The notes under the pieces are model-generated. The model did not search any database, had not been told where the DNA came from, and saw only the letters and a program-made list of their open reading frames with translations. DNA of 63,420 nucleotides, the filler included, from Salisapilia sapeloensis CBS 127946 (lineage: Eukaryota; Protista; Oomycota): the NCBI GenBank assembly GCA_023334545.1. It is 9 parts of 9 records of this genome, joined end to end, with 100 filler letters (N's around TTAATTAATTAA, not from the genome) between each part and the next. Parts side by side here need not be neighbours in the genome. Positions count along the whole stretch, not along the records: positions 1 to 28,043 come from JAADVB010000232.1; 8 more parts are not named here. One strand, written 5' to 3'. This document shows, piece by piece, positions 10,923-21,848 of this stretch (position 1 is its first letter; the number at the start of each line of letters is the position of its first letter). A program made the translations under genes and the position numbers.

Positions 10923-11809
10923 ATGCAGTCCGGCGACTTTGACATTCCTGTCGAGTATGCTGACGCAGGTCTAAAAGACTCCTTTCCCAAGCACTTTGCC
11001 ATGGAGACATCGACCTCCCACGTTCCATCGTCCACAATGCAGCCCAAGTTACCATCCAACTTTGGACAGAGCTACAGTATGACGCCTACTAGCGCCCCAC
11101 CGACCACATCTAGTGCATCCCAGCGGCCGAGCATCCCGGACTATGCGCCTTGTATCCCACCTGGTGTCATCTACTCGACAGCGCATGCAGTCTGGACGGC
11201 ACAGGAGCTCCAGTTACTACAGCAAGGGCTCTCGACCTTTCGCTCTGATCATTACGACAATGTCACAAGGTACATTAAGATCGCCGCTGCGATCCCAGGC
11301 AAGAGCGTGAGAGATGTAGCTTTTAAGATCCGAGCTATTTCGCTAGCACAGGAGACGCTGCTGGAAGAAGAACACCAGGCCAAGCGAATGAAGATGGATC
11401 CTGCTGCTCAGGTACATTCTTTCTTGATACTCGACTGATGTCCATAGAGCTCATGCGACTAACTGTTGCAAAGGCTGCTAAGTGGAATGCGTCGACGGGT
11501 CAGGAACAAGAGGATGAGGTGCAAATTAACGCTATTTTGTATGACAACGTGGTCGCGCTGGATACAATGCGTATGAACCTGTGCAGCGGTAAATTGGAGG
11601 CGAATCAAGAGCTGATCACGAGGTTTCAGAAGAACTTCGCCAATGCCTCGAAAGCGTACGTTGGTTTCTCTTTATATCGCAATGTGTCGAATGACAAGTG
11701 TGGTGGCAGCAGACTCAAGAGCATGTCCGGTAGCCTTCCGTCGCTCCCACTGACGCCAGACACGTCTCTCATTGAAATGGACAACAACCAACCGCTCTTT
11801 CACTGGTGA
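10923..11809 (+). CDS. SANT/Myb-like protein with C-terminal DUF3755-like region, 3 exons
   Basis: WTAQELQLLQQGL...YIKIAAAIPGKSVRDVAFK is a SANT/Myb repeat. The spliced C-terminus QINAILYDNVVALDTMRMNL...NQELITRFQKNF...SLPSLPL resembles DUF3755 of plant SANT proteins. Confidence 0.7.
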
Positions 11810-11848
11810 TGAGTCGAATTATTCAAAGTAAAGGGCAAAATCTAATTT

Positions 11849-12817
11849 CTATCTTCGCCTGCGGCCACTGGAACGATCTCGACTCCTGCTTCTCCTCCTG
11901 CGGTCTCTCTCTGGACTTTTTTTCCTGTCCTTCCGGCCACGTCGTTCTGGACTATCTTGACTTCTCTCTCTTGTACGTTTCGAAGACGACTCTCGATAGT
12001 GGGATGGTCTCCGCTCTCTACTTTCGTCCCTCTTACTCTCTTTATTCTTTGTGACACGAAGTCCGTTCTGAGGCTTAGAGCTCTCCTGACTATCTACCTT
12101 GGCTTTCTGAACCTTCTTGCCCTTCTTCTTCGACTCGTTCGGCAGAGTAGGACGGACCTTGGCGCCCAGGCCGAGGAGTTTGTGGCGAGGCTTGGGTGCC
12201 GCATCGTCCGCGTCCATATCCTTAAACGAGCCATTCCATCCCATGCCACGCAGCATCGCGACACCAAACTCTTCCACCGGCACCTGCTCGTACACGGAGC
12301 TCCGGACGTCCAGTTCCTGTGGACGCAGCGAGATGTCATGACGATACTTTTCGTTCACATCTGCCAAGTCATCCATGCCTGGAACTGCGTTCTGGAGTAG
12401 AATGGGTGCCGATTTGGTACCTGTGCTGTCTGCATTCTGCATGGGGATAGTAAAATCAGACCGCTGGACATCATCCGTTGTCTCGGAAGTGGTCGACACG
12501 GAGGCTATGATCTCTCTCGCAGCCTGCTCGTCTACCGATAGCTCTTCTGCAGTTTCTTCAGACTCTTTTCCGTCTGCTGCATTCTTTTCAACCGGTTTCT
12601 TCCACTCGTTCGTCTTGATCAACGGGATCACGAGCTTTTCCTTCTCTTCGGCCTCTCGACGAGCTCGAGCGACGGCCTCTGGATCAAAGTCCGTCACGTA
12701 GATCTTCTTTGGTTCATTAGAGGTCGTCTTGCTGGACTCGAAGATACCGGACGGTGCTGCATTGCCACCGACAGCCTTCTTTTTGGTCTTCTTGAGAGAG
12801 AAGCCACCGAGCTGCAT
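11849..12817 (-). CDS. G-patch splicing factor, Spp2/MOS2/GPKOW-like
   Basis: YEQVPVEEFGVAMLRGMGW...PRHKLLGLGA (Spp2-type G-patch) plus an Arg/Ser-rich C-terminal tail. Confidence 0.85.
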   Translation of the reverse strand: MQLGGFSLKKTKKKAVGGNAAPSGIFESSKTTSNEPKKIYVTDFDPEAVARARREAEEKEKLVIPLIKTNEWKKPVEKNAADGKESEETAEELSVDEQAAREIIASVSTTSETTDDVQRSDFTIPMQNADSTGTKSAPILLQNAVPGMDDLADVNEKYRHDISLRPQELDVRSSVYEQVPVEEFGVAMLRGMGWNGSFKDMDADDAAPKPRHKLLGLGAKVRPTLPNESKKKGKKVQKAKVDSQESSKPQNGLRVTKNKESKRDESRERRPSHYRESSSKRTRERSQDSPERRGRKDRKKSPERDRRRRSRSRDRSSGRRRR

Positions 12818-14538
12818 GCTGGTCTAATGGTACGAGGCCCCAAGTGTCTTTTAAGACATAAGTAGGTGGTACACGTAGCTTGAAGCGTCGTTGGTAATGG
12901 AGGTCATGCGTCCTTCGCTGGGTTACCATATCTTCAAGTAATCGATTGTGCGTCCATATGAGGATTGGAGATCATCGAGGCTCACACCACTGCAGTGCAA
13001 AAGATATGGAAAGCCGGCGTCACGATACTCTCGGCCATCTGATGACTTAAACGTAAACACCGCATCTATCAGACACAAGGCTGGACAGCGGACGTAGCTC
13101 GCAAACAGATTTGGACTCAAATGATCAATCAACTGCAAGCAACCGGAAGATTTTCTCGATGGAACGCGCAAGATGCACTGTCAACAACTTGCTACAGGGA
13201 CCTCCTATGGGTAATCAAACGACAGCTTCACCTGGTAAGAAACTATTCGGACGTAACGAAGAGCGAACACCAACATCCGCGAGAGCAGGCGGACTCTGTC
13301 GATTCCAAGGAGTAATTTAATAAAGCGATCTTTGTCAGAAAATGGGTATGAGAATAAGGTTTTCTTTCCTATTTTACAAATTGGTCATGGCTTCAGTATC
13401 GTCTTGCAGCTCCGTAAGGGACAAATCTATCGTTGAATCTCTTTTGTTGTGTGACGAGGAAAGACGATGGTGACATCTTGTAGATCTATATTTACTCTTA
13501 TAAAAGCACGCATCTCTTGTTGCTCGCAACTGGTTCTATAGCCTAAGAGCTCACACAATCATGTACAGATCTGCCAGTCGCCATCCCCACAACTAATATA
13601 CAGATCCATTGTAGTTTTCCGACAAATTGGCGAACATTTGCGCTTGGCCAAAGACTTTTAAACGAGCACAGCAACGATTGACTTCAAGATCAGACTCTAC
13701 GACCAAAGTAATTTGGGAAGCACCAACGGCTTTTGCAAGTACGACATACTGCTCGCAAAATGAAAGAAGACAGAGCAACATGAATTGATAATACTGCTAG
13801 AAAGAGAGGTGTAGACCCAATCCCAACCTTAAGGGCCCTTCCATGACATCCAGTAAAGCTTGAATACCAGCAGATTTACGCTACACTAGACAAAGCTCTT
13901 GTTCGAAACGACAAACGCTATTTTCTCAAGATGCTCAAGATGCTCAGGTTGCTTTATCATCTATACTTGTGGTCTAGAAGCTCCAGAACTCTTTTACATA
14001 GACATCATATATAAGATCAATACTGGGTATATTTCTCTGCTGAGTCGCTTTACCAAGGCAATTTCCGCGCTTACAGTGTTGCGTATAGCTTACATTAAAG
14101 CTCATGCTTGTGAGCACCTTGCATCCAATAGAGGAAGTGCTAGGACAAATTAGCTCATTTCGTCTGATACATCATTAGAATCACAACCGTCCTCTAACTG
14201 TAGCACTACCATATTGACATTGTGAGTTACATATGCCTCCGTACGGAAAATGTTGATATTGCCAAATTAAAAAATTTCGTTTCTGACAAAAGCGTAAATG
14301 AGAGTATGCTATCGCTCATGGTGGTTCTGCCACGATAGTTGTTGTCGGATAGACGTACAACAAAATTTTTTAAAACACGGTCTATTACATAGCCGCTTTA
14401 CCTAGGTGCCTAGATATAGTTAATGTTACTATCAGGTGGGAATTATCTGAAGAAGGCAGATAGCCCCGGCGAACAGAAGAGAGGCTAGTGAGGGGTGGAC
14501 GTAGGGGCGTCAGGTACGCCCAATGGCCCGTATCTACA

Positions 14539-15087
14539 CCATTGTCTGATATTACCCGGAAGTAAGTTCTGGACTGCCTCCAATTCCGGTCGTAAATCCG
14601 TAGCAAGCGTCTGGGAACTTGCTGGAGTGTCCATTGCCACATTAGCTGCTAGATCAGCCGCTTTGGTGTCAGCACGCAGGTGGTATGTCTAAGAGTGCAC
14701 CGATACGTGTACCACAAGCGATCTGCATATATAAAACGATTGCTTAAGACGTGAAGCCTTTTGCTCCACTCCGCGCCAAAGTTGCCATAAAATGATGGCA
14801 CTGTCTCCTACGGCGTAAAGAAGACTTAATTATAAGGAATTTGCTGCATGAAGTCCAGTCAGCAAGCTTAAGTATTCCTCTTTATTATTCGTCGTCCGGC
14901 GATTCGCAAGGGAGGTGCTACCAATCCAGATAGACTCCCTGCTAAATGCTTGCTCCGAGGTACGGACTATGACCGCTCCAGAGTCGCCAAATCTTAGGCT
15001 GCCGGAACTGCTGCCGTCAAAGAATAACACATAATGAACAGGTTTTGTGGGTGTAACAACAAGCGCTGGGGTATATAAAAAACCAAT
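14539..15087 (-). mobile_element. Decayed retrotransposon RNase H domain (archaeal/RNase HI-like type, probably from a non-LTR L1-like element)
   Basis: One frame reads VLFFDGSSSG...TNNKEEYLSLLTGL...*LSLLYAVGDSAIILWQL...HS*TYHLRADTKAADLAANVAMD. All four catalytic acidic positions (D, E, D, D) are present, with in-frame stops at 14830-14832 and 14689-14691. Confidence 0.8.
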
Positions 15088-15099
15088 AACTTCTCGAAT

Positions 15100-17800
15100 T
15101 GGAGTAGGACAGTCAAAGCTTCATCGGGTTTCACCGTTTCATGGTTAGTGTGACGTATGACAGAAAAAGTTTATCAGTTGTGAGTATATTAGAACTCGTT
15201 CTTAATAAATAAATAAATTGTTTCTAAAAATTGCTGTACAAATAAAACTACAGTGCAAGCTTCTCAAAGTCAAGCATTCTCATTGTAGACCACGTCGTTA
15301 AATAGCTAACGTATATCTAAACATAAAATTTTTAATAGTGTTATCACGGACGTATAATGGTATATAGTTGAGGCGCGTCTGAATAACTGCATCAGTTGAA
15401 CACAGTAGCTTCATATAAAAGTCATTAAATATTATTTCAATTTTAAAATAATCCACATATCTGTCTAAGCTTAAAAACACAATTGTTAATATGTTAGCAC
15501 AAAAACCTTTATGTTACCATAATAAACTTATCTATTTGTAAACAAACAAAAAATCAGACCTGTATGTATAATATTATATACAGCAACAACAATGTGGCTT
15601 TGTTAAATAATTCTTCGCTTATGTTAACAGCACATTAACAGCTTGCCACTGTCGGTCTATTAACAAAATCTTCTACTTATAATGTAAAAAAACGCTATTT
15701 ATTCTAAGTAAATAAGCTCAGGTCAAAAGAATGGTCTAACGAAAACTAACAAATGTTTATGTTTCGCATCAAACAATTTTGAATAATGAAAATGTGTTAA
15801 CAAAAAATAACTCGTATAAAAATATAGAAAATAATTGTATTCTAATTTTATGCCTGGGTATACAATTTGAAAATAAAGGTTGCAATAAAAAAGCATGAAC
15901 AGATGCGCTTATATTGTGCAAATTGTTGATTGACTTTAGAGACTAATTAAAGTTAAAATGTAACAAAAACTATACAAACAATATCGCGTAACGTAAATGT
16001 TTAATATATCGTTACTTATATAACAAATGTCATATATATAATCACGCCAAATATTGCAACAGTTATGCACAAAACCAAATATACCAGCACCCAAAACATT
16101 AATAGTATTACAGCATTTGATAAACAAGCAGTAAAAATGTATACAGTAATAAAACAATTGCGTATATGAAACCACAGTAAATATCAAGTCTAATTAACTT
16201 ATATGGTAAAACCAATACTATAATAAAAGAAAATCATAAATAAAATTATAATTTTAAAGTTCACAAAACGAAAGCACAATAAATGATGTTATATACAAGA
16301 CAAAAATAGAAAACATTGTAAAATACTTTTTTATTAAAAAATACTCGGGAAATATCGTAAACTTTCAATTGGATGTAAAACAATTTATGCTTTACAACAA
16401 AACATTGGGCACAAATTTATTTTTACACTGTCAATAATAAAATACAAAAAAAAACCTTTAAACTGTATTTAAAATAATGTACAATATTTATGATAATAAA
16501 TTTTGTCATAATTTAAAACAAACGATAAATGTTTAAATTGTTAAACCTGTTACGTGTAGACTTAGCTAGATAGAATGAATCTTTAAAATAAAATTAAAAA
16601 GCATGTTTTAAATCAGGTTACCGGTTGTTTACAAATTCGCATACAGTGCAAATAACAGAGCTAAATAAGATCTTCCATTTTGTACAAAGCTTTATATTCT
16701 TCATAAATTGTTTATTATTTTATTATTGTTTTTTTCAATATTCTAAGTATTAAAATTAAATATAATGGGATATAATCTTATAACATTTGAAACTAGTTAT
16801 CGATGCGATGAATAATTTTTTGTTTAAATAGTATAGAGAAACTATAACTTTCAATGCAATTTCAATATATTTTATTGGCGATAAATTTGAACGTTTAGCA
16901 AATCCATGAAAACGTGTCTGTGGCTGTATACCTACTTTATCTAAATGATTTACACACTTTAACACAAACAAATAAATCAAAGGTATTAGTGGGTATTTAA
17001 CTTAGCGAAGAACGCTTTATTTAATATAAAAGTATACTTTTTTTATTGCTCCACCAATTTTATTATTAATCAGAACAAAGACATTAAAAGGAAGCATCTT
17101 TTGCTAAGAACGTGAGTTTAAAAGCTAAAGGTTTTTTTAAAAATAATGTGTTTTTTAATGTTATAGATTAATACAACTACAACTAGTCACATGAATCTGT
17201 TAGCTTATATACACTCTAAAATATATATTTTGAAAGGTAGCTTTTCAAATTATAAAAGATGATCTGCTGATCATGATTGTATTTAAAGTACACTTCAATA
17301 TTTTATTATAGTTTTTATGATTCTTTAGGTAAAGTTTTAAATGAGAAAAGCAGCAGAAAACTTGACGCATTAAACTTACAAAAAAAATAAAAATTCTATT
17401 GTTAAAATACCTTTTTTTTATAAATAAAAGTCATTGAGCTTGCGTATTTCTTTTTGCAATATTATAAAAATCTAAGTCCTATTTTAAGAAAGTCTAAAGA
17501 AACGGAGTGCACACTTGAACTCTGTTTATACTTATTACTTTTTATAATACATTTGTGTTAGCCTTCACTTTTTATTTAGTTTTTGCTTTGTGGTTGCCAG
17601 TGGTATTTGTTGTATATAAACCGACAGACCCTTACAAAACGACAAAATCTAACTTTAATCGTCATTTAGTTCCTGCAGCATCTGCTTAAAGCGTTTAGTT
17701 AATATAGACAAAAGTCTTTTAAATTGTCTAAATGATTTAAATCACAATGTTGTAGAGAGTGTAAAGCCTACTTGATACTGACAAATTTCTGCTCTACTCT
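15100..17800. other. Strongly AT-rich tract without coding capacity
   Basis: Spot counts of 60-nt lines give 13-25% GC (16201: 8/60; 16261: 15/60; 17341: 15/60), far below the GC-rich housekeeping genes on this contig; the longest ORF is 83 aa. Boundaries are approximate. Confidence 0.85.
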
Positions 17801-18699
17801 ATAAGGTTATCTTTTTTAGTCCGCAAACTGCACGCCTTACTTACCGCAATTTGCAAATCAACTATCAAAGTAAACTTTTCGAAATGTCGCTGACAAGCGA
17901 TTCTGCCCCAATTTGATTTTTGAACGATAACTAGCTCTGTTCATCATCAAAGAGCATAACACTGCAAACTGTGACAGTGTAAAACAAAAATCGTTTTCCC
18001 TCGATCTATGCACTTAGCTCGCATGCCATGGGCGAAACATCCCACAGCATTAATCTTCATACTACTTGACCTGTACTTGGAAGCCACCGATCCATGAAGT
18101 GCCATAAACTCACATTCACATGTTGAACATGCATGGTACATGTATGTTTTTCCTTGTTTTGGAAGTGAGGTACTAATCGTGTATCCTACTAAAGAAGCGT
18201 GCTGGCTTGTGTGTCCTTGAGCCGCTTTTGTGTGTGACTCGCTTGCGTGATGATCAGGCCGTCTGTTCTGCCGGTTATTTTCTCGGACTTCTTTGTCATA
18301 ACTCTAGATGGTACAGAGGCCTTCTCCACTATCACTTTGCTCCTTCTAGGGCCCCAATTAGAGACTTCCTCCCTGGAAAATCAACGCTCATAGATGCTTG
18401 GAGGCGGTCCTCGGACTGCTTGCACTAGAAGAAGATTAGGAAGTGTTTAGTACATGTACACAAAGATTGGACTCGTAAGCTGGCTTGCGACTTGCCCATG
18501 CTTGAACAATCTCAAGACCTCTTGAGTTTATTGATATCTCTGTACTTTGCTACTAAATCTACTATAACCTCAAGCTTCTGGCGAAACACTATTTAAACTA
18601 GTAACACGAGAGATTTACTACGCTGGAAAAAGTAAACGAAAGAAAAGCTTTATGACGACAAGTTGAAAAAGCAGACTTAAAAGCCTTGTCGAAGGCGCT

Positions 18700-19718
18700 T
18701 ACTCGAATTGTGTCATGACTTTGACTTCTTCGACATCCTTGTAAGTAGCTGTCACCTTAACCGTGAACTTGTGGTTTTTGAGTTGCGCTCGAGAGCAAAG
18801 GTGACTTTGCGTCAGATTAGACTACAAAAAAGATATATCGTTTGCTCGAACACTATGCTTCGTAAGGTTTTACGAAATGAATCGCAATATTAGTCCACGA
18901 CATCTCGTTGATAGGAAGCAAAGTCACATCGCTTTCTGTATAAGACTTGCTATAACCATTTCATTACACATCTTACAATGAACACTTGCCTCAGCTTCGA
19001 GTTTCCCGTCCTCAAAGTACCCGGTCACGACTGTCTTTTGCGGCCAAAGGATATACAAATATGTACGTAACAAATTTAGTATCATAAAAGTAGATAAAAT
19101 TACTTTACCATGATGTCCGAATTCTCTCAGGAATGATAGTCGTCCTCTCCATCCTTTGGCATTTCTCTTGGATGGCCGGCTTGATTTCCTCAAACTGGCA
19201 GACTTTAGTTACAAGCGGGCACTGAACCACCGCGGATAATGTGAAGATGCAGTCATCGTGAATGTTCGTCAGTTTGGCGCTAAAGAAGCCATTAAATTTT
19301 AATTTTATGATCGCTTCAGATTTGGCGATCTTGGCTTCATTTCTCCTTGGTAGACATAATTTGTCAGATAGAAAACTTTTACTCTAATGTTTGCATACTT
19401 ATTTATGCGTGGCTGACTTAATGGCTCATTCTCGTTGTAACCCTGACGCTTCGGCGTAGTTTCGACGCGTTCAGCATTCTCAACCTCGTCCAACAAGTCG
19501 GAAGGAATAGCGACATCCTCCAAAAGATATTAGACAAGGTTTTGGTAGGCACTCGGGTATCCTTGGAGGTGTGCGGCCTACTCGTCTCTCTTAGTAGATA
19601 AAATCTCCTTGCAATACTTGCGTTTGAGTCCGTCGGCTTCGTTGATGGTGCAAAGTACAACCAACCTGCGCTGCTCTTCTGACAGCTCCAACGCTGCCAT
19701 GTTGTCTTCTTCGCTCAT
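18700..19718 (-). pseudogene. Intron-containing pseudogene, possibly OB-fold/RPA1-C-like
   Basis: ATG 19718 opens MSEEDNMAALELSEEQRRLVVLCTINE... with in-frame TAG (19578-19580) and TAA (19530-19532). GT-AG intron remnants follow, then LTNIHDDCIFTLSAVV, HCKMC and NHKFTVKVTATYKDVEEVKV in shifting frames. The family call is weak. Confidence 0.45.
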
Positions 19719-20099
19719 TTTCGACTCTGGCTAGGAAATGTTGATAAAAAGACTTGCTTTATGTCCGAAGTTGCCTAGATTCTTGACGTTGCAGCTATCC
19801 AGGTTAGTAGGCACTACAGGTATATGGAATACCATATACAAGGTGTATCCTTCACATACGTCAAGCTATAAAATCTGCTCAACTTTGGTTATATTTTTTA
19901 CCATGAACATGATTCCTATTGTACTTATTTCACGAGTGTTGGAGCTGCCTCTGCCTCCGCGAACATTCCCATCATGGAATCGACGATTGTCAGAATAGGC
20001 TACAAATCTCTGATATCGAACCCCTGGAGACTGGTAGCAGACGTACGAGTGCATATAATATAAAAAACGAAACCTGCAGCTTTAGCGCCATATCCTGCA

Positions 20100-21440
20100 A
20101 GTAGCCTAGCGTCTTGTTACGGAGCTTCATGGGGTGGCTCAGGTTGGTCTCCTTCACCTCTGCAATACAGCTGACACTCGGAAAACATACATCTAGCTCA
20201 ATAAACTCATCTGGACAGAGCTGTAGTAAGACTTCGATGGAGTCGTATATCAGTCCAAAGCATCCAGGATCTCATTCTTCACGTAGTACACCCTCGACTT
20301 GCTCGGCTTGCAGATGCGACAGGCTCTTTCTAAACTAGTGTCATTGATCAGCTCTTTGGATTGGCCTCAGTCTTGGTGAACTTCTTGACGACGAGGCTCT
20401 AGACGAATGTTGGCTGTCGTTGAAAGACGCCGTGTGTATCGAAAGCACCAGTCAAACGCCCAAGAGAAACTGAAGTAATCTTTCGTAGGTGTCCAAGGCA
20501 GACGACTCGTACATACAAGAATGACATCCAAGATGTCCTACCGGAACTAACAGTCGGCCGCACTGCCGATCAAAGGTTCCACCTCCGCCTCTTCCTTACT
20601 CCATGTTGTCTCCATCCGCTCCACCTTTCACCAGACGCACATACATTCCAGCCAAAGTGATGCCTCGATATCTCATGCTCGGATGTTTCTCTCTCTATTG
20701 CTAGGCTTCAAGTTTCCATGTCCTTTAACTTTTATACTTTGAATCTTCAATTAGCATGATAGATATCGAGCCAGCCATGCTGCTCATGATCAAGAGTATC
20801 CAGATGTATCCGATGACGACATTCGCGATTGTCTAGTTCTTGATGCTTGAACTGGAACTGTTAGCTTCATCGCCTACAAATAAGCAGATCATGCAAAATG
20901 GCGTCTCGAGTATCTTCTAGGTGCTCAAGCTCTGCCTCCTCCTGTCCGTCCAGTCTCTTCAGTTCTCCCCAGCGGTCGAGATGTTCATGCCCAACCTTAA
21001 GAGCCTCTCTTCTTCGCTATCTCCCGATCCTTCGTACGTTTATTCGGCGCTGCATCTCTCGGAACGTCTGCAGACTCGAATACCCATAGCTCTTCGTCCT
21101 TCCTGCAGACAAACCAAGATGCTCAGCAGACTGGTGTCACTGATATCAATCTCGAAGGACGTACTAGTGAGATTGCCTTGTCGGAGGTATCTCAGCTACC
21201 AGAGCTACCAGGAAATCATCTAGCGCTTGGAGTAGACAATATGAAGAAATTCCAGGAGACGTTTTTAGAACCAGAATCTCACCCATCGGCATCGTCTGTC
21301 GTTCATCTGGAGGATCTCTTGGATTTGTGGAGTTGAATGGACAACGTAGGTGAACTAGCAACAGACCTCGGGACGTTCCTCATGGCCACTCTAGACTCGA
21401 CAGAATCTTGTGCTGGACTCTTTTCCTCCATGCTCGATTA
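20100..21440 (-). pseudogene. Decayed gene of unknown family
   Basis: Long protein-like blocks are broken by stops and frameshifts (LNRAWRKRVQHKILSSL; LDGQEEAELEHLEDTRDAILHDLL; DILDVILVYESSALDTYERLLQFLLG; LIYDSIEVLLQLCPDEFIELD). Limits are approximate. Confidence 0.4.
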
Positions 21441-21635
21441 AGTTTTAGGAGAGCATCCTAAAACGTACTTGCCTTTCTTGCTAGTCGTGCATACGCATGA
21501 CGCTACCACTCTGCATCATGTAGAGTAGCTCCAATTCTTGATATGAACGACAAGTACTTTTATTGCTAGCTTCAATACTACTTCTAAGTAAAAAAGTAAT
21601 GCATATCACTTCTTACAAAAGTCAAACGCTCCTAG

Positions 21636-21641
21636 AAAAAA
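21636..21641 (-). terminator. RNA polymerase III oligo-T terminator of tRNA-Ala
   Basis: T6 on the minus strand, 2 nt after the tRNA discriminator base. Confidence 0.8.
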
Positions 21642-21643
21642 GT

Positions 21644-21716
21644 TGGACATTGGGGGTATCGATCCCCCTACCTCCCGCATGCGAAGCGGGCGCTCTACCA
21701 TTTGAGCTAAACGCCC
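21644..21716 (-). tRNA. tRNA-Ala (anticodon CGC), intronless
   Basis: GGGCGTTTAGCTCAAATGGTAGAGCGCCCGCTTCGCATGCGGGAGGTAGGGGGATCGATACCCCCAATGTCCA: full cloverleaf with anticodon arm CCCGC-TTCGCAT-GCGGG and the G3:U70 alanine identity pair. Confidence 0.97.
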
Positions 21717-21848
21717 GTGATATTCTGAGACAGAATGTTGAGTATATAGAGAATTACATGAGGGATAGTCGTCACAACTTGAAACGCAGGTGCATACAAA
21801 AATCCAGTCAAGGGGGTGTCCAAATGGGTTCACACAGCCATTTCCAGC

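Noticed and set aside
17150-17300. Reverse-transcriptase remnants on the minus strand (SADH resembling YADD; SCINL resembling SGLxIN)
   Set aside because: The matches are too short and too degenerate in AT-rich DNA to call an RT domain.
15100-17800. Mitochondrial insertion (NUMT) as the source of the AT-rich tract
   Set aside because: The GC level is compatible, but I see no mitochondrial gene, tRNA or long ORF, and it abuts a retroelement domain. Not formally excluded without BLAST against the mitogenome.
17947-18141. ORF with GCFAH as a transposase motif
   Set aside because: A single short motif with no flanking DDE context.
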